From IMG/VR virus record IMGVR_UViG_3300002307_000047, positions 1-64,000 of that record: 64,000 nucleotides of DNA; one strand, 5' to 3'. The position numbers and the translations under genes are program-made. Positions 38,466-49,249 of the stretch are shown here, piece by piece. Under the pieces are notes generated by a model. The model was not told where the DNA came from, made no database searches, and saw only the letters and a list, made by a program, of their open reading frames with translations. Origin of the DNA: an uncultured virus (IMG/VR IMGVR_UViG_3300002307_000047) (Duplodnaviria; Heunggongvirae; Uroviricota; Caudoviricetes). The first letter of the stretch is position 1, and each line of letters starts with the position of its first letter.

Positions 38466-41400
38466 TGATAAACTACCATCTCCAAGTGAGATATTAGGCG
38501 ATAACTCAAAATTGCCATCCCCATCGGAAATTCTTGGAGGTGAAAAAAAAAATGGTACAACCGACTCGCCTGCGCCTGCCGAGCAGCCTATTTCGCCTTT
38601 AGACTTGGGTGGGCAGAAGAAGCCTATTAATGCTATATCTGAAATAGCGCGTATGAGTGGGGATACAAATCCACCACAAAATACAAACAGTCAAGCAAAT
38701 GCACAATTAGATTCAAAATCCGTTGATGATATCCTTTCAAAACACAAAGACCTCGATTGGGTACAGCGGCTATATGAAAAAAATACACCCAATATTCAGG
38801 TTCAAGGAGAACCATATCCATCTACGCATTTAATGTCAGACGACGGTAATGGGTATGTTTTCCCTCGTATTCAAAGAATAAATGGAAAACTTGTGGACTT
38901 AGGAGATAAAGCGGAAGATTATGCCCGTGAAACAAAAACAGGCATTCAGTTACCAAAAGATATTGGAACGGCATTCGCTGCAAATGGGTATAAAAAAGGC
39001 ACAAATGTGCTTTCAGATTTTCAGGTTGATCCTGCTACACAGCAGCAATCCTCATCTACGGAATACAAATGGAGTGGCGATAATACATCGCTCCCCGCCG
39101 AAACACCTCAAACAAAACTGCCCGCAGATTTAACTCCAAAAGCTAAGAAGGTGCTTGATGATTATGCTGAAAAAGCTAAATCTGAAAATTGGGACGAGAA
39201 TCAGGCTATATACGAGACAAATAAAATATTCGGTCATCCTGAAATAAAAAAGCAAGTAGACGATTGGAGCAATACAGTTGTACAAAAGTCTGATGCTGTA
39301 AAAGGCATGGATAGTGACCCGTCCATTCAAGCCCTAACAGAGCTATATCAATCACAGCAGGCAGCAAAAAAGAAAGGTGATACCAAAGCATACGACGAGA
39401 TAACTAAGCAAATAGAAGAGGCGCGGAAAGTTCCATTCACTCATAATGTAGTCGTAAAGGAAATTGCAGACCCTGATGAGTTTGGCAAAAAGACACCAAT
39501 ATATAACAGCCGAGAGGGTCTACCCGAAAATTATACTCTTGGTGACGTTTGGGATAAAAATCAAAAAGACCTGATAGAGGGGAAGCAAGCACAAAAAAAC
39601 CTCCATGAAATGCTTGCGCCAATGGCAGAGGCTATCAAGGCAAATCAGCTTAAACATGGATTCACGGTAGATGATAAAGGAGTGCATGTAATAGCGGTAG
39701 ACCCTACACACCCCGTGGATGCGGTCAAGCAAGGCGTAGGCGCGTTCATATATGGTGCAGATCGCGCAATGGGTGATATAGAGACAGCGTTTAACTCGGC
39801 TACTATGAACAATAGCCAGTATGCGACCTATCTGATGAAGAAAAGCATACTCGATCAATACCTATACCCAACAGAGACAAAAGGCATAGTAGCAGGAGGC
39901 ATAGAAATGCTGGGCCAAATGACACCCATGGCTCCGAGTATGTTTGTACCCGGCGTGGGTGGTGCGATATTCGGTGGTCTGACAATGGCATCGCAAGCCA
40001 AGGGCTCATCGGCCCAAAGATATTTCAATGAAGGTATAAATGAAAAAGGGTTATCACCTATTCAGGCAGCAGAATATTCCGCTAATCCCTCTAATAAAGA
40101 GGCAACAATTCAAGGCATAGCAGGGACAGTACTCCCCGGCGTATCCTCATTGACCGAAAAGGCACTTTTAAATGCAGGCGAAACGGGGCTGACAATGAAG
40201 TATCTTGCTCATTCACGTGCGACAAGTGGCATATTTGCGGGTGCTCAGGCTACGACAAACCTACTCAATGGTAAGCCACTAACAGAAGGTGTACCCGAAG
40301 CTATCGGCGGCGCATTTGCATTCTCTGCATTAACCGAGGGCATCAAAAGTGGGCTTAAACTAACCAAGCCTATCAGGGATATATATGATGTGGCATGGGG
40401 GCGTGGATTTAATCAATTAGAACCTATTGTGAAGCAGGGTATTCAAGATGGCACTATTCCACAGGGATTCGGCGAAAGTCTGCTTGCTAACGGCGCAGAA
40501 ATGCAAAAAACGGTATCACAAGTCCCACATGATTGGACACCCGCCGAGATCATGGTAGCAAAGCCATTCTTGGATAAGATTGACGCATATAAAGAAGACC
40601 TAAAAAATGCTACTACCGAGACTGCTAGGGCAGATATAGAGGGTAAGATCAAAGCCCTTGATGATAATATGTCTACCGCTGTCGGTCAACATAGGGCAGA
40701 AGTGGAAGGCGCGAAAGCAGAGAAAGCTAAAAATCTGATAAAGGATGATGAACTACTATCAGCATATGTAGACAGCAATCCCGAACTCTCAAAAGAGCGC
40801 GAAGAAATTGCATCCATGCACGATGATGAATTGCGGGATAGGCGCATTGAAGCATTCAAAGAGAAGGCTACGGGCGAGATGCCTGATAAGTTCGTTGAAG
40901 ATTTTACCGCTGAGAAGAAAGCAAAAGAGGCTGAAACAATTGCAAAAGCAGAGGCTAAAGCTGAACCCGTAGCTGAATCAAAAGAAAATGCTACTGATGA
41001 GGCTAAAGAGCCAGTGCAGGAGAAAGGCGAATCACTACCGAATAAGGACGACATTGAAGCTAGGCGTAAACAAGAAATAACCGATGCCGAAAATAACCCA
41101 CTACTTGATGAAACAGGCAAGAAAGAGGTAATACAGAATATCAACGCCAAGCATGATGCAGAAATAGCAAATGCTGATAGGGCGAACAAGGTAGCCGAGA
41201 TAGAAAAGCAAAGGGCGGCAGATTTAGAGGCAGCAAAGTCTATTCCAAGCGAAACAGAAAAAAAGAATGTCATTGCCGAGATCAACGCAAAGCACGATGA
41301 TGCTATTGATGCAGTTAATACTACACCCGAGCAAGTCAAAGCCGCAGATGAACAATTTCACGCATTACCCGAAGTTAAACAACAAGAAATATTAGACGCA

Positions 41401-44400
41401 TATGAACAGAACCCCAAAGCAGCGTTGGGCAGCGATACCACCGCACCACAAAGTACAGTTGATGAATCGACTGCACCACCCAAATCAGAATCGGATAGAC
41501 CCCTCGGTGAGGGCGCAGCGGATAGTCAAGCAGGACGAGAAGACGCAGGACAGTCTAGTGAAAAGCCACAAGCAGAACAAGGACGTGAGCTAAAGGGGCT
41601 TGATAAGTCTGCCGATGCACTACATAACATCCTGTCTAAATTCGGCGGCATAAAGGAGCTTGATGGTAAGAATGAAGTAGATGTAGCCCATGAGTTCAAA
41701 AGACTCGGAGAGGGGCTAATAGAGGCAGGTAAGGCTAAGGCAGAAACACTAATCGAGGATGTGAAGAAATATCTAGGTGATAAGTGGGACGAAAAGATGT
41801 TGCCACATTTGGAGGATGCAGCTAAGCAAATATCTAATTCCGAAGAACCCGCCAAGGAAGGTGAATGGACACCGATACGCAAAGAGGAAATCACTGATGC
41901 TAAAAACAATCTCGCTAAGCGTGGCATCACTTGGACTGAAACAGTCAAAAATGCAATGGAGTCATTGGCAAAAGAAACACCACAAGGCAAATCATTATAC
42001 GATACAGCAGTGGAAAGAGTACGCGTATTGCAAGAGCGGATAAGGGGTGGCGAAAAGGTGAACCCAAACAGCGAAGAAGTTGCAGCACTCACCTACGCAA
42101 GGGCTAAAACACGTCAGCAAATGGCTGATCTGTATGATGGGGTCACTAGCTCAGACCCGAATATAAAAGCATTAGCCGATATTCAGTATTCAGCACTTGA
42201 ATCAAATCTATCGGGGATAGATGAGGTATTGAGCGCAACAGGCTCAGAAGCGGGACGCGCCTTTAATATCCGTCAGATAGAGGGCAAGATAGATGTGAAT
42301 GAAGAAATGAAAATCCGCAGGATGCAGATTGAAAAGGCATCGGGATTGACAATGACTGATTCTGCTATCGAAAAGCTAGAGCAACTCATTGATGCTACCA
42401 AGGAAACGAATGACAAGCTAGATAAGCTAATGGGTAGTGATGGTGACTTTGAAACAGCAGTAAGAAAAGAAGCTGAAAGACTAGCTAAAGAACAGAAGCC
42501 AGTCACTAGAAAATATACCAATAAGGCTAAAAACATAGCCGATAAAATCAGGGGATTGAAAACAAAGCCATTCACCTTTACCGATTCTGAGGGAAATGTG
42601 TTTGAGATGAAGCAGAACGGCATCATACCATATGATGAAATCGTAGAGGGTGTCGCAAAGCTCGTGGAGAAAACAGGCGTACTTGCGGATTCTGTAAAGG
42701 CTACTCTTGATAAATATGCTGATAGCGATTGGTATAAAAACCTGTCAGGAGCAGACAAAGAAAAACTTGCAACCGATCTGACTAAGCACCTTGAAGTAAA
42801 AGAAGATACTGCTATTGACTACATAAAGGAACATGCTGATGCAGAAAAGTCAACTAACATTACTAAAAAAATGGTAGCAGATGGCTTGATAAATGACATT
42901 GTAGGGGAACACGTCAAAAAAGGCGTAGAAACCAAAGAGGTATTAAAGTCTGTCACAGAGGAACTTAAAAAAGAACTCCCTGATGTGACTGAACAGCAGG
43001 TGAGTGATGCCTACCTGAAAGAAGGGGAGTATAAACTGGAGAAAAAAGAGAAAGTTCAATCAGATATTGCCAAAGCCAAAGAAGAAATTAAAAACATCAC
43101 TCGTCTGCAAAAGGACATTGATGCTTTGGAGGTCGGTAAGGAAGTAGCTCGCAAAACTGCCAGTGGAGACAAAAAAGCCGAAAGTGAGTATGAAAAGTCA
43201 TTGAGAGATAAGAAGGAGGCTTTAATAAATGAGAAGAAAGATGCTGAAAATGCACAGGCCAAGTCTGAGAAAGAAGCATTACAAAAAAAGAAAGCCGAAT
43301 TAGCAGAGCAACAAAAGAGATTTGACGATAAGCGCAAAGCACTGGATAAAGAGCAAGCTGAACTTGACAAGCAATCTGCTAAAATAGAGAAGGAGAAGAA
43401 TGCAAAGTACCAAAAAGACATTGATAATAAGCGTAAGGAGATAGACAAGGCACAGTCTGAAATTGATAAGGCATCTGCCAAAGCAGAAAAAGAAAAAAAT
43501 GCGCAACATTTAAAAGATAAACAAAAGGAGATTGATAGGAAACGTAAGGAACTAAAAGAAAAAGAAGCAGAGAATAAGCGCGAATCTATAAGGATAGCTA
43601 AGGAAATCAATGCTAAAGAAGCTAAACTTGAAGAAATAAATCAAAAGATAGCTGATGTAGAAAACGAAGGTAAACTTTGGGAAAAGAATAAAAAAGCTAA
43701 TCCCGATAAGGTAGATGCAGACCTAAAAGCCGCACAGAAAAAATTGGATGATGCTATACGCAAGGCGGGAATAAAGGTAGATAGGAATAGCGGCGCAGTC
43801 AGGGAGGCAAAAGAACAAGTAGCTAAAGCTCATAATGATAGGATTGATAATCTTACCGATGATATAAATACGCATCTTATGTCAGGTGATTTATCCGATT
43901 CGGAGAAAGCCGCATTATCCGATGCAAGAGATAAACTGCAAGCATCAAAGATTGACACCACATCAAAGCAGGATATTGAGCAACTACATAAGAATGCTAA
44001 AGAGAAAGCGCAGACAATGTATGAGCATCTTAAAGAAAAGGGCAAGCAGCTCAATAGTGAGCCAATCCGAGAAGCACAAAAATCGCTCAAAGAACTTATT
44101 AAAAACTTTGAAGCAGACAAAGAAAAAAATGCAAGAGATATTCAGGCAGATAGGCGCAAGGCTACATTGGAACGCGGCATTAAAGAACGCGAACGTCAAA
44201 TAGCGGCGGGTGAAGTAGAGGGCAAAGTAAAACCCACGCCACCCGAAAAAACAGCAGAGATAGTTAAACTTGAAATAGAAAAGCGTAAACTTGATAGTGA
44301 GTTCAGAAGACTCGCACACAAAGAAAAGGAACGCAATAAAACTAAGATAGAAAAGGCCACCGACCTAGTAATGGAAAGCCGTGTAGCGTCTTTGATATTC

Positions 44401-46329
44401 AACTTTTGGGGGCTTACTAAGATCGGGCTATCTGCTATCACTAAGCAACCGCTAGAAGCACTGACAAGATCAACAGCAGGCAAAATAGCACATTTCATTA
44501 ATCCTCGCCTATCAGAGGCGGCAGGCGGCGAAGCTAATGCCACATTCAAGCAAGAGCAAGAAAGACTACGTGCGACATTTTCCCGAATGACCCCTGAGAA
44601 ATTGGCAGAAAAAAGGGTAGCGAATGCCGATGCATTAGATAATGCTACTGAGAAATTCAATGATGCAAAAGCTAAGTTGAAAGAAATAGAAGATGAGTCG
44701 GGGAAGGGCAAAGATTACGACAACTACAAAAAGGGCGAATATGCTAAAGCAGAGGCCGCATACAGAAAAGCAAACTTAGACGTGGCGGCAAATGTAATCT
44801 ATGATTGGCTTGGCGCATCAAGCACAGAGGATGCTACTAAGATATGGATGCAGGGCTTATCTCATATTGAGGAGGCTATGGGTGATAATATCGCATATAC
44901 AAAGGCTGATGCTGAGTCAATGCGTGAGAAATATCTTTATGTAGCTCACTCAATGGGTCGTATTCACTCCATAATGAAAAACTTCTCTGCGCGTGGGGAA
45001 TTTGCCGCAAGTTTTGTAGGAAGATTAGAGCAGATGCAAAAACGCGGGGTAGATATATCTGATCCTGCAAATCAAATACTAGCGGCAGACGCAGCATATA
45101 AAGAAGGGTACAAGCGCGGTAAGTACATGAATGATAATGCCATCACTACTCACATGAAGGGTATAGTGCAGGGAATAGAGCGCGGTGACTGGGATAAGCT
45201 GAATAAGAATCCCAATCTTAGATATGTCGTAGCCAAAGTGCTTAATTTCGATGCCCCTATCGTCAAAGTGCCAATGAATATCTTGAATGAGGCCGTAACT
45301 GAGTACACCCTTGGCGCAGTAGTTGCTCCCATAATGCACATCGCAGAGAATGTGAAAGGATTCAGATTGAGTCGGGCTGATGGCGCAAGCATGAAAGAGG
45401 CTTTTGAGGGGATGCAAAAACATATTGCGGAGCTACCCGAAGATAAGGCAGACTTTATTTTAAGATGCTATCGCAAGGGTGGGTTTGGATTGGGTCTTGT
45501 CGCATTGGCGGGACTTAGTGGCGCAGTTAGTTTTGGTGGATTTTATCGCCAAGGTGAACCAAAGAAACATCCTAACGATCTCGGATTTGGTGAAATATCA
45601 ATAGATGGTAAAAAATTACCTAAACATTTGAGCAAAGCACTGGCCCACTTACCAGTAAATATGCCTACGTTACTCGCCCTGAACTATGAGCGAGTAAAAG
45701 ACCTTGAACAAAATCAGCGTAGGGAGCCAAAGACCGAATCGGAGGCTACCAATAAAGCATTTGAGGCGACTCTTGATGCTATCATGGATGAGAACCCATA
45801 TAGGGATATGTTTCATCCTCTCAAGCAGGCGCAAGACTTTCTGCCTATACCCGGTATAGGACTGGTAAAGGATGTTTCTGAAATGTTTGATACCGATTCA
45901 GATGGCAATTTAGTCCAACGCAAGCCTGAATCATGGGTAGACAGATTGAAAATGAAGACAGGCATTGACAGGCAGAGCGTACCCGAAAAGCCCGAATCAG
46001 TGGAATCTAAAGCTAGGTCTTTAATGAGACAGCACATGGAGGATAAGCCAAAGTTGGGCAAGATGTCTGCCGAAAATGCTTATTCAAAGTTACCTGATGA
46101 TATTAAAAAAGAGGTAGACAATTCATTAACACCTGAGCAAAAAAGCAAATTATTGCATGATGCTAGGTATGATGATGATTTCTTAAAATTCCAAAAGATG
46201 TCAGTAGCACAGAGAGAAAAGGTTTTGCCGACTATTCCCGCAGATAAGCAGATTGAATACAAGCGAGAACTAAAGAAAGCCGAACGCGCTAAAAAGAACC
46301 ACGAAGGGAATCTTTGGGACGCTGAATAA
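38455..46329 (+). CDS. giant internal virion / ejection protein (2624 aa)
   Basis: Gly/Ala-rich membrane-like segments, very long Lys/Glu coiled coil, INAKHD repeats; no RNA polymerase catalytic motif seen. Confidence 0.65.
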   Translation: MENNDKLPSPSEILGDNSKLPSPSEILGGEKKNGTTDSPAPAEQPISPLDLGGQKKPINAISEIARMSGDTNPPQNTNSQANAQLDSKSVDDILSKHKDLDWVQRLYEKNTPNIQVQGEPYPSTHLMSDDGNGYVFPRIQRINGKLVDLGDKAEDYARETKTGIQLPKDIGTAFAANGYKKGTNVLSDFQVDPATQQQSSSTEYKWSGDNTSLPAETPQTKLPADLTPKAKKVLDDYAEKAKSENWDENQAIYETNKIFGHPEIKKQVDDWSNTVVQKSDAVKGMDSDPSIQALTELYQSQQAAKKKGDTKAYDEITKQIEEARKVPFTHNVVVKEIADPDEFGKKTPIYNSREGLPENYTLGDVWDKNQKDLIEGKQAQKNLHEMLAPMAEAIKANQLKHGFTVDDKGVHVIAVDPTHPVDAVKQGVGAFIYGADRAMGDIETAFNSATMNNSQYATYLMKKSILDQYLYPTETKGIVAGGIEMLGQMTPMAPSMFVPGVGGAIFGGLTMASQAKGSSAQRYFNEGINEKGLSPIQAAEYSANPSNKEATIQGIAGTVLPGVSSLTEKALLNAGETGLTMKYLAHSRATSGIFAGAQATTNLLNGKPLTEGVPEAIGGAFAFSALTEGIKSGLKLTKPIRDIYDVAWGRGFNQLEPIVKQGIQDGTIPQGFGESLLANGAEMQKTVSQVPHDWTPAEIMVAKPFLDKIDAYKEDLKNATTETARADIEGKIKALDDNMSTAVGQHRAEVEGAKAEKAKNLIKDDELLSAYVDSNPELSKEREEIASMHDDELRDRRIEAFKEKATGEMPDKFVEDFTAEKKAKEAETIAKAEAKAEPVAESKENATDEAKEPVQEKGESLPNKDDIEARRKQEITDAENNPLLDETGKKEVIQNINAKHDAEIANADRANKVAEIEKQRAADLEAAKSIPSETEKKNVIAEINAKHDDAIDAVNTTPEQVKAADEQFHALPEVKQQEILDAYEQNPKAALGSDTTAPQSTVDESTAPPKSESDRPLGEGAADSQAGREDAGQSSEKPQAEQGRELKGLDKSADALHNILSKFGGIKELDGKNEVDVAHEFKRLGEGLIEAGKAKAETLIEDVKKYLGDKWDEKMLPHLEDAAKQISNSEEPAKEGEWTPIRKEEITDAKNNLAKRGITWTETVKNAMESLAKETPQGKSLYDTAVERVRVLQERIRGGEKVNPNSEEVAALTYARAKTRQQMADLYDGVTSSDPNIKALADIQYSALESNLSGIDEVLSATGSEAGRAFNIRQIEGKIDVNEEMKIRRMQIEKASGLTMTDSAIEKLEQLIDATKETNDKLDKLMGSDGDFETAVRKEAERLAKEQKPVTRKYTNKAKNIADKIRGLKTKPFTFTDSEGNVFEMKQNGIIPYDEIVEGVAKLVEKTGVLADSVKATLDKYADSDWYKNLSGADKEKLATDLTKHLEVKEDTAIDYIKEHADAEKSTNITKKMVADGLINDIVGEHVKKGVETKEVLKSVTEELKKELPDVTEQQVSDAYLKEGEYKLEKKEKVQSDIAKAKEEIKNITRLQKDIDALEVGKEVARKTASGDKKAESEYEKSLRDKKEALINEKKDAENAQAKSEKEALQKKKAELAEQQKRFDDKRKALDKEQAELDKQSAKIEKEKNAKYQKDIDNKRKEIDKAQSEIDKASAKAEKEKNAQHLKDKQKEIDRKRKELKEKEAENKRESIRIAKEINAKEAKLEEINQKIADVENEGKLWEKNKKANPDKVDADLKAAQKKLDDAIRKAGIKVDRNSGAVREAKEQVAKAHNDRIDNLTDDINTHLMSGDLSDSEKAALSDARDKLQASKIDTTSKQDIEQLHKNAKEKAQTMYEHLKEKGKQLNSEPIREAQKSLKELIKNFEADKEKNARDIQADRRKATLERGIKERERQIAAGEVEGKVKPTPPEKTAEIVKLEIEKRKLDSEFRRLAHKEKERNKTKIEKATDLVMESRVASLIFNFWGLTKIGLSAITKQPLEALTRSTAGKIAHFINPRLSEAAGGEANATFKQEQERLRATFSRMTPEKLAEKRVANADALDNATEKFNDAKAKLKEIEDESGKGKDYDNYKKGEYAKAEAAYRKANLDVAANVIYDWLGASSTEDATKIWMQGLSHIEEAMGDNIAYTKADAESMREKYLYVAHSMGRIHSIMKNFSARGEFAASFVGRLEQMQKRGVDISDPANQILAADAAYKEGYKRGKYMNDNAITTHMKGIVQGIERGDWDKLNKNPNLRYVVAKVLNFDAPIVKVPMNILNEAVTEYTLGAVVAPIMHIAENVKGFRLSRADGASMKEAFEGMQKHIAELPEDKADFILRCYRKGGFGLGLVALAGLSGAVSFGGFYRQGEPKKHPNDLGFGEISIDGKKLPKHLSKALAHLPVNMPTLLALNYERVKDLEQNQRREPKTESEATNKAFEATLDAIMDENPYRDMFHPLKQAQDFLPIPGIGLVKDVSEMFDTDSDGNLVQRKPESWVDRLKMKTGIDRQSVPEKPESVESKARSLMRQHMEDKPKLGKMSAENAYSKLPDDIKKEVDNSLTPEQKSKLLHDARYDDDFLKFQKMSVAQREKVLPTIPADKQIEYKRELKKAERAKKNHEGNLWDAE

Positions 46330-46422
46330 ATAAACTTGCACAATAGAATATTAATCGCTTATTTTGCAAGTAATAGCAGAAATGCAATATTTTATATTTT
46401 GTAAACACCCAAAATAACTAAC

Positions 46423-47223
46423 ATGTCAACTTCACTCTTGCTAAATGATGTAAACAACCCTCTTTTAGCGTTCAATGGCAGCTATACTAAGCCGCTCAAT
46501 CAATCAATCAATACGGCGTTCTTTATCGCTCTGCTCTCAGGCACATGTCCTGATAAGAACTTTAATCCCATCCCGTGTCTGGATCTGCTCTATAAGAACC
46601 CAAAGAAGTCACGTTTTGACACGTATAGCTTCGGACTTAATAGCGAGACTAAGGCAACGGCAACACTCGCTATCCCTATCGCAGCTACACCAACAGCGAC
46701 AGATACGCTCGTTCCTAAGATCGGTACAACTACCCTCGCAACGGTAACAGTCGGCGCAGGTGAAACTCAGGCACAGGTAAGAACAGCGGTGCTTGCTGCA
46801 TACAATGCTAACCTACTCGGATATACATTCACTGGCACAATCACATCAAACGTGCTGAATCTCGTAGGTACAGCACCCGGATTCGGAACAGGATACAACG
46901 GTGTGAATCTCTCGTTTACTCAAACGGGTAATGCAACATTCGGCTCTGTATCGCCAGTGGCTACGACCTTCTCGGGTGGGCTTACCGATGCAGCGGGATT
47001 TCTTGCTTATCTGTCGGCTAACAGCATCAGCAATACGCTTGTAACGTATTCTAACCTGATAGCTATGGATGATATAACTCTCGTAACGCCGCAGGCTAAG
47101 ATTCTGATAAACGCACCGAGTATCAGCGGCAAAAGCTACGACGGCACGAATACCAAAGTATACCTTTCGCCTAAGCTGAAACCGTACACATTCACCCTCA
47201 CAGGAGATCAAACAGCACTGTAA
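46423..47223 (+). CDS. Thr/Gly-rich structural protein, possible capsid decoration
   Basis: Beta-rich composition; TFSGG motif; late-gene position. Confidence 0.5.
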   Translation: MSTSLLLNDVNNPLLAFNGSYTKPLNQSINTAFFIALLSGTCPDKNFNPIPCLDLLYKNPKKSRFDTYSFGLNSETKATATLAIPIAATPTATDTLVPKIGTTTLATVTVGAGETQAQVRTAVLAAYNANLLGYTFTGTITSNVLNLVGTAPGFGTGYNGVNLSFTQTGNATFGSVSPVATTFSGGLTDAAGFLAYLSANSISNTLVTYSNLIAMDDITLVTPQAKILINAPSISGKSYDGTNTKVYLSPKLKPYTFTLTGDQTAL

Positions 47224-47744
47224 TGGAAACATTCTATGAAAGTACATCGCTAGGGACTATCCCGCGAAAGCTCCAAGCAGGGCAAGCCTACTACGATACT
47301 ATCGCGCAGGTTGCCACTGGTACTTTTGTGTCGGATACCAATGTGCCTACTGTACTACAATATACCCCTGCTTCAACTGAGCAATTGAACCTGCTTATTG
47401 AAGGGGGACAAGGTAATCTATGGGTATTCTTTCCTACCGAAAAGGTGGTAGCTAGAATCATATCGGCTACTCCCAAGTCCTTGAATCTTGACAGGTCTGT
47501 GAGCATTACAGTAGCAGAGTCAGCTCAGTGGATCGTAGGGAATCTCATCGGATACAAAGGTGTAAATATTGGCAATGCGGCAGTATTGGTAAATCCATCC
47601 CTACCTAGCCAATACACAATCAATCCGAATGGTACGCCACTAGATGAAAAACAGACAGGGCGCGCCACATCAGCAGCGAAATACATGGATGTAATAGTTT
47701 ATGACGCAACAGCAAGTGTCTTTGAGATCATAGAACGCAGATAA
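47223..47744 (+). CDS. hypothetical structural protein
   Basis: Coupled by TAATG overlaps on both sides. Confidence 0.55.
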   Translation: METFYESTSLGTIPRKLQAGQAYYDTIAQVATGTFVSDTNVPTVLQYTPASTEQLNLLIEGGQGNLWVFFPTEKVVARIISATPKSLNLDRSVSITVAESAQWIVGNLIGYKGVNIGNAAVLVNPSLPSQYTINPNGTPLDEKQTGRATSAAKYMDVIVYDATASVFEIIERR

Positions 47745-49228
47745 TGAAAATAAAACACGCGATATTATTAATGCCATTACTTTTAGTGGCATTTTTTTCA
47801 TCAGCACAGACTTACAAATATAAGTTTAGCTATGATTCTACGCGGGTATATCTGAGGGATACGGTGTCAGGAGGGCAACCCATAAGCGCATCCTACGAAA
47901 GGGGATCGCTGTATGTGGTAAGAAACTCTAAGAGTGTTTATCTATTCTTAGAGGGGACGAGTATTGTCGTAAATAGGTGGGATACAGCAGTAAATCTAGT
48001 ATATCTTGCTCCGAGCTTAGATAGTGCATATCGACTCCTTAATAGTCACATCTTCGCTATAAACTATTCAGCAGGCGTTTTGACATACTCTGATACCGTA
48101 GACAGAATTGCCACACAGCACTATGTTATTACCAATGGTCAATACTGGACTTTAAAAGGGGATAGCTTATATCCTACTACTATTACAAACAGTGTAGGTA
48201 TAGGAACGGCCACACCAACATCTACGTTCCAAGTCTACGGCAATTACTCTGTACCGCCGTTTACAGTTGGCAAAGCGGGTCAGACCATGATTCAAACCTA
48301 TCAGCCCGATTATAGCCTGAGCCTTGGCGATTTGACCTTTGACGATTACGGAATCAGATTTGATATAAGCGATTTAGGAAAACAGTTTAGCTGGGGGTGG
48401 TGGACAGATACGGCGATGACATTAAAAGGTCAAAATGGCGCACCAAAATTGCTGACCGTAAATGGTGCAATATGGTCTTTGGGTGAAGATAGCTTTACAA
48501 ATTTTGCAGGAAAAACATCTTCTGTAATAATGTTACATAATGCCATAGATCATAGTCAACCGGGGCCATGTTTGTATTATTCTCCCGATACATCCGTTCA
48601 CGTTTTATCTGGTTATTGTGCTAAGTTTTTGGCTTGTTCAGATATTAATGATTATGGAGATTCGTCTGTTGCTGTTATGTCTGCTGGAGATAATCAAGGC
48701 AATCAATGTTTCATGGGATTATGTGGACAGACAAAGAAGTGGGCATTGAATTTGACGGGTTATCAGAACGTAGCTTTTGTATATAATGATACATCTCTTT
48801 GGGCCGTAGGTAGTCAACTGGCGGGACAACCTAATCCAGTTTCTGTCTTATCTGCAAATCTATTGGCACAAAAAGTAAGTATAACCGATGGCAGTCAAGC
48901 CCAAGGAACGGTTTTAACGGGAGATTCGAATGGAGTAGCGACTTGGGGATATGCGGTATTACCTCATTATATATTTACTCCAACAACCTTGCTTGATACG
49001 GTTTATACAGTTACTAATGCCGTTAATATAATCAACTCTACAGCCGCGACACTCGTTATAAGTCTGCCATCTACACCCAAAAACAATGATAGGGTAGAAC
49101 TAAAATTTAACCAAGCCCATGCANCAATTACATATACCAATGGAACTATCAATGGAGGACTGGCAAGTTCTGTAATAGGCTCATTTACGGTTCTTACATA
49201 TGATTCAGCAAACTCCGCATGGTATTAA
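47744..49228 (+). CDS. fibre/adhesin-like protein with Sec signal peptide
   Basis: MKIKHAILLMPLLLVAFFSSA|Q; VGIGTATP and DGSQAQGTVLTGDSNGVATW fibre motifs. Confidence 0.7.
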   Translation: MKIKHAILLMPLLLVAFFSSAQTYKYKFSYDSTRVYLRDTVSGGQPISASYERGSLYVVRNSKSVYLFLEGTSIVVNRWDTAVNLVYLAPSLDSAYRLLNSHIFAINYSAGVLTYSDTVDRIATQHYVITNGQYWTLKGDSLYPTTITNSVGIGTATPTSTFQVYGNYSVPPFTVGKAGQTMIQTYQPDYSLSLGDLTFDDYGIRFDISDLGKQFSWGWWTDTAMTLKGQNGAPKLLTVNGAIWSLGEDSFTNFAGKTSSVIMLHNAIDHSQPGPCLYYSPDTSVHVLSGYCAKFLACSDINDYGDSSVAVMSAGDNQGNQCFMGLCGQTKKWALNLTGYQNVAFVYNDTSLWAVGSQLAGQPNPVSVLSANLLAQKVSITDGSQAQGTVLTGDSNGVATWGYAVLPHYIFTPTTLLDTVYTVTNAVNIINSTAATLVISLPSTPKNNDRVELKFNQAHAXITYTNGTINGGLASSVIGSFTVLTYDSANSAWY

Positions 49229-49249
49229 TAATTTTACCAAAACAAAACG

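Noticed and set aside
42430..42455. SDGDF as an RNA polymerase catalytic motif
   Set aside because: Lies in a coiled-coil stretch and lacks the third Asp and surrounding conserved context
40686..44711. Long antisense ORFs within the giant protein (also 19337-20017, 13445-13957, 10187-11068)
   Set aside because: Shadow frames produced by codon bias of the sense genes; Ser/Phe/Leu-rich with no motifs
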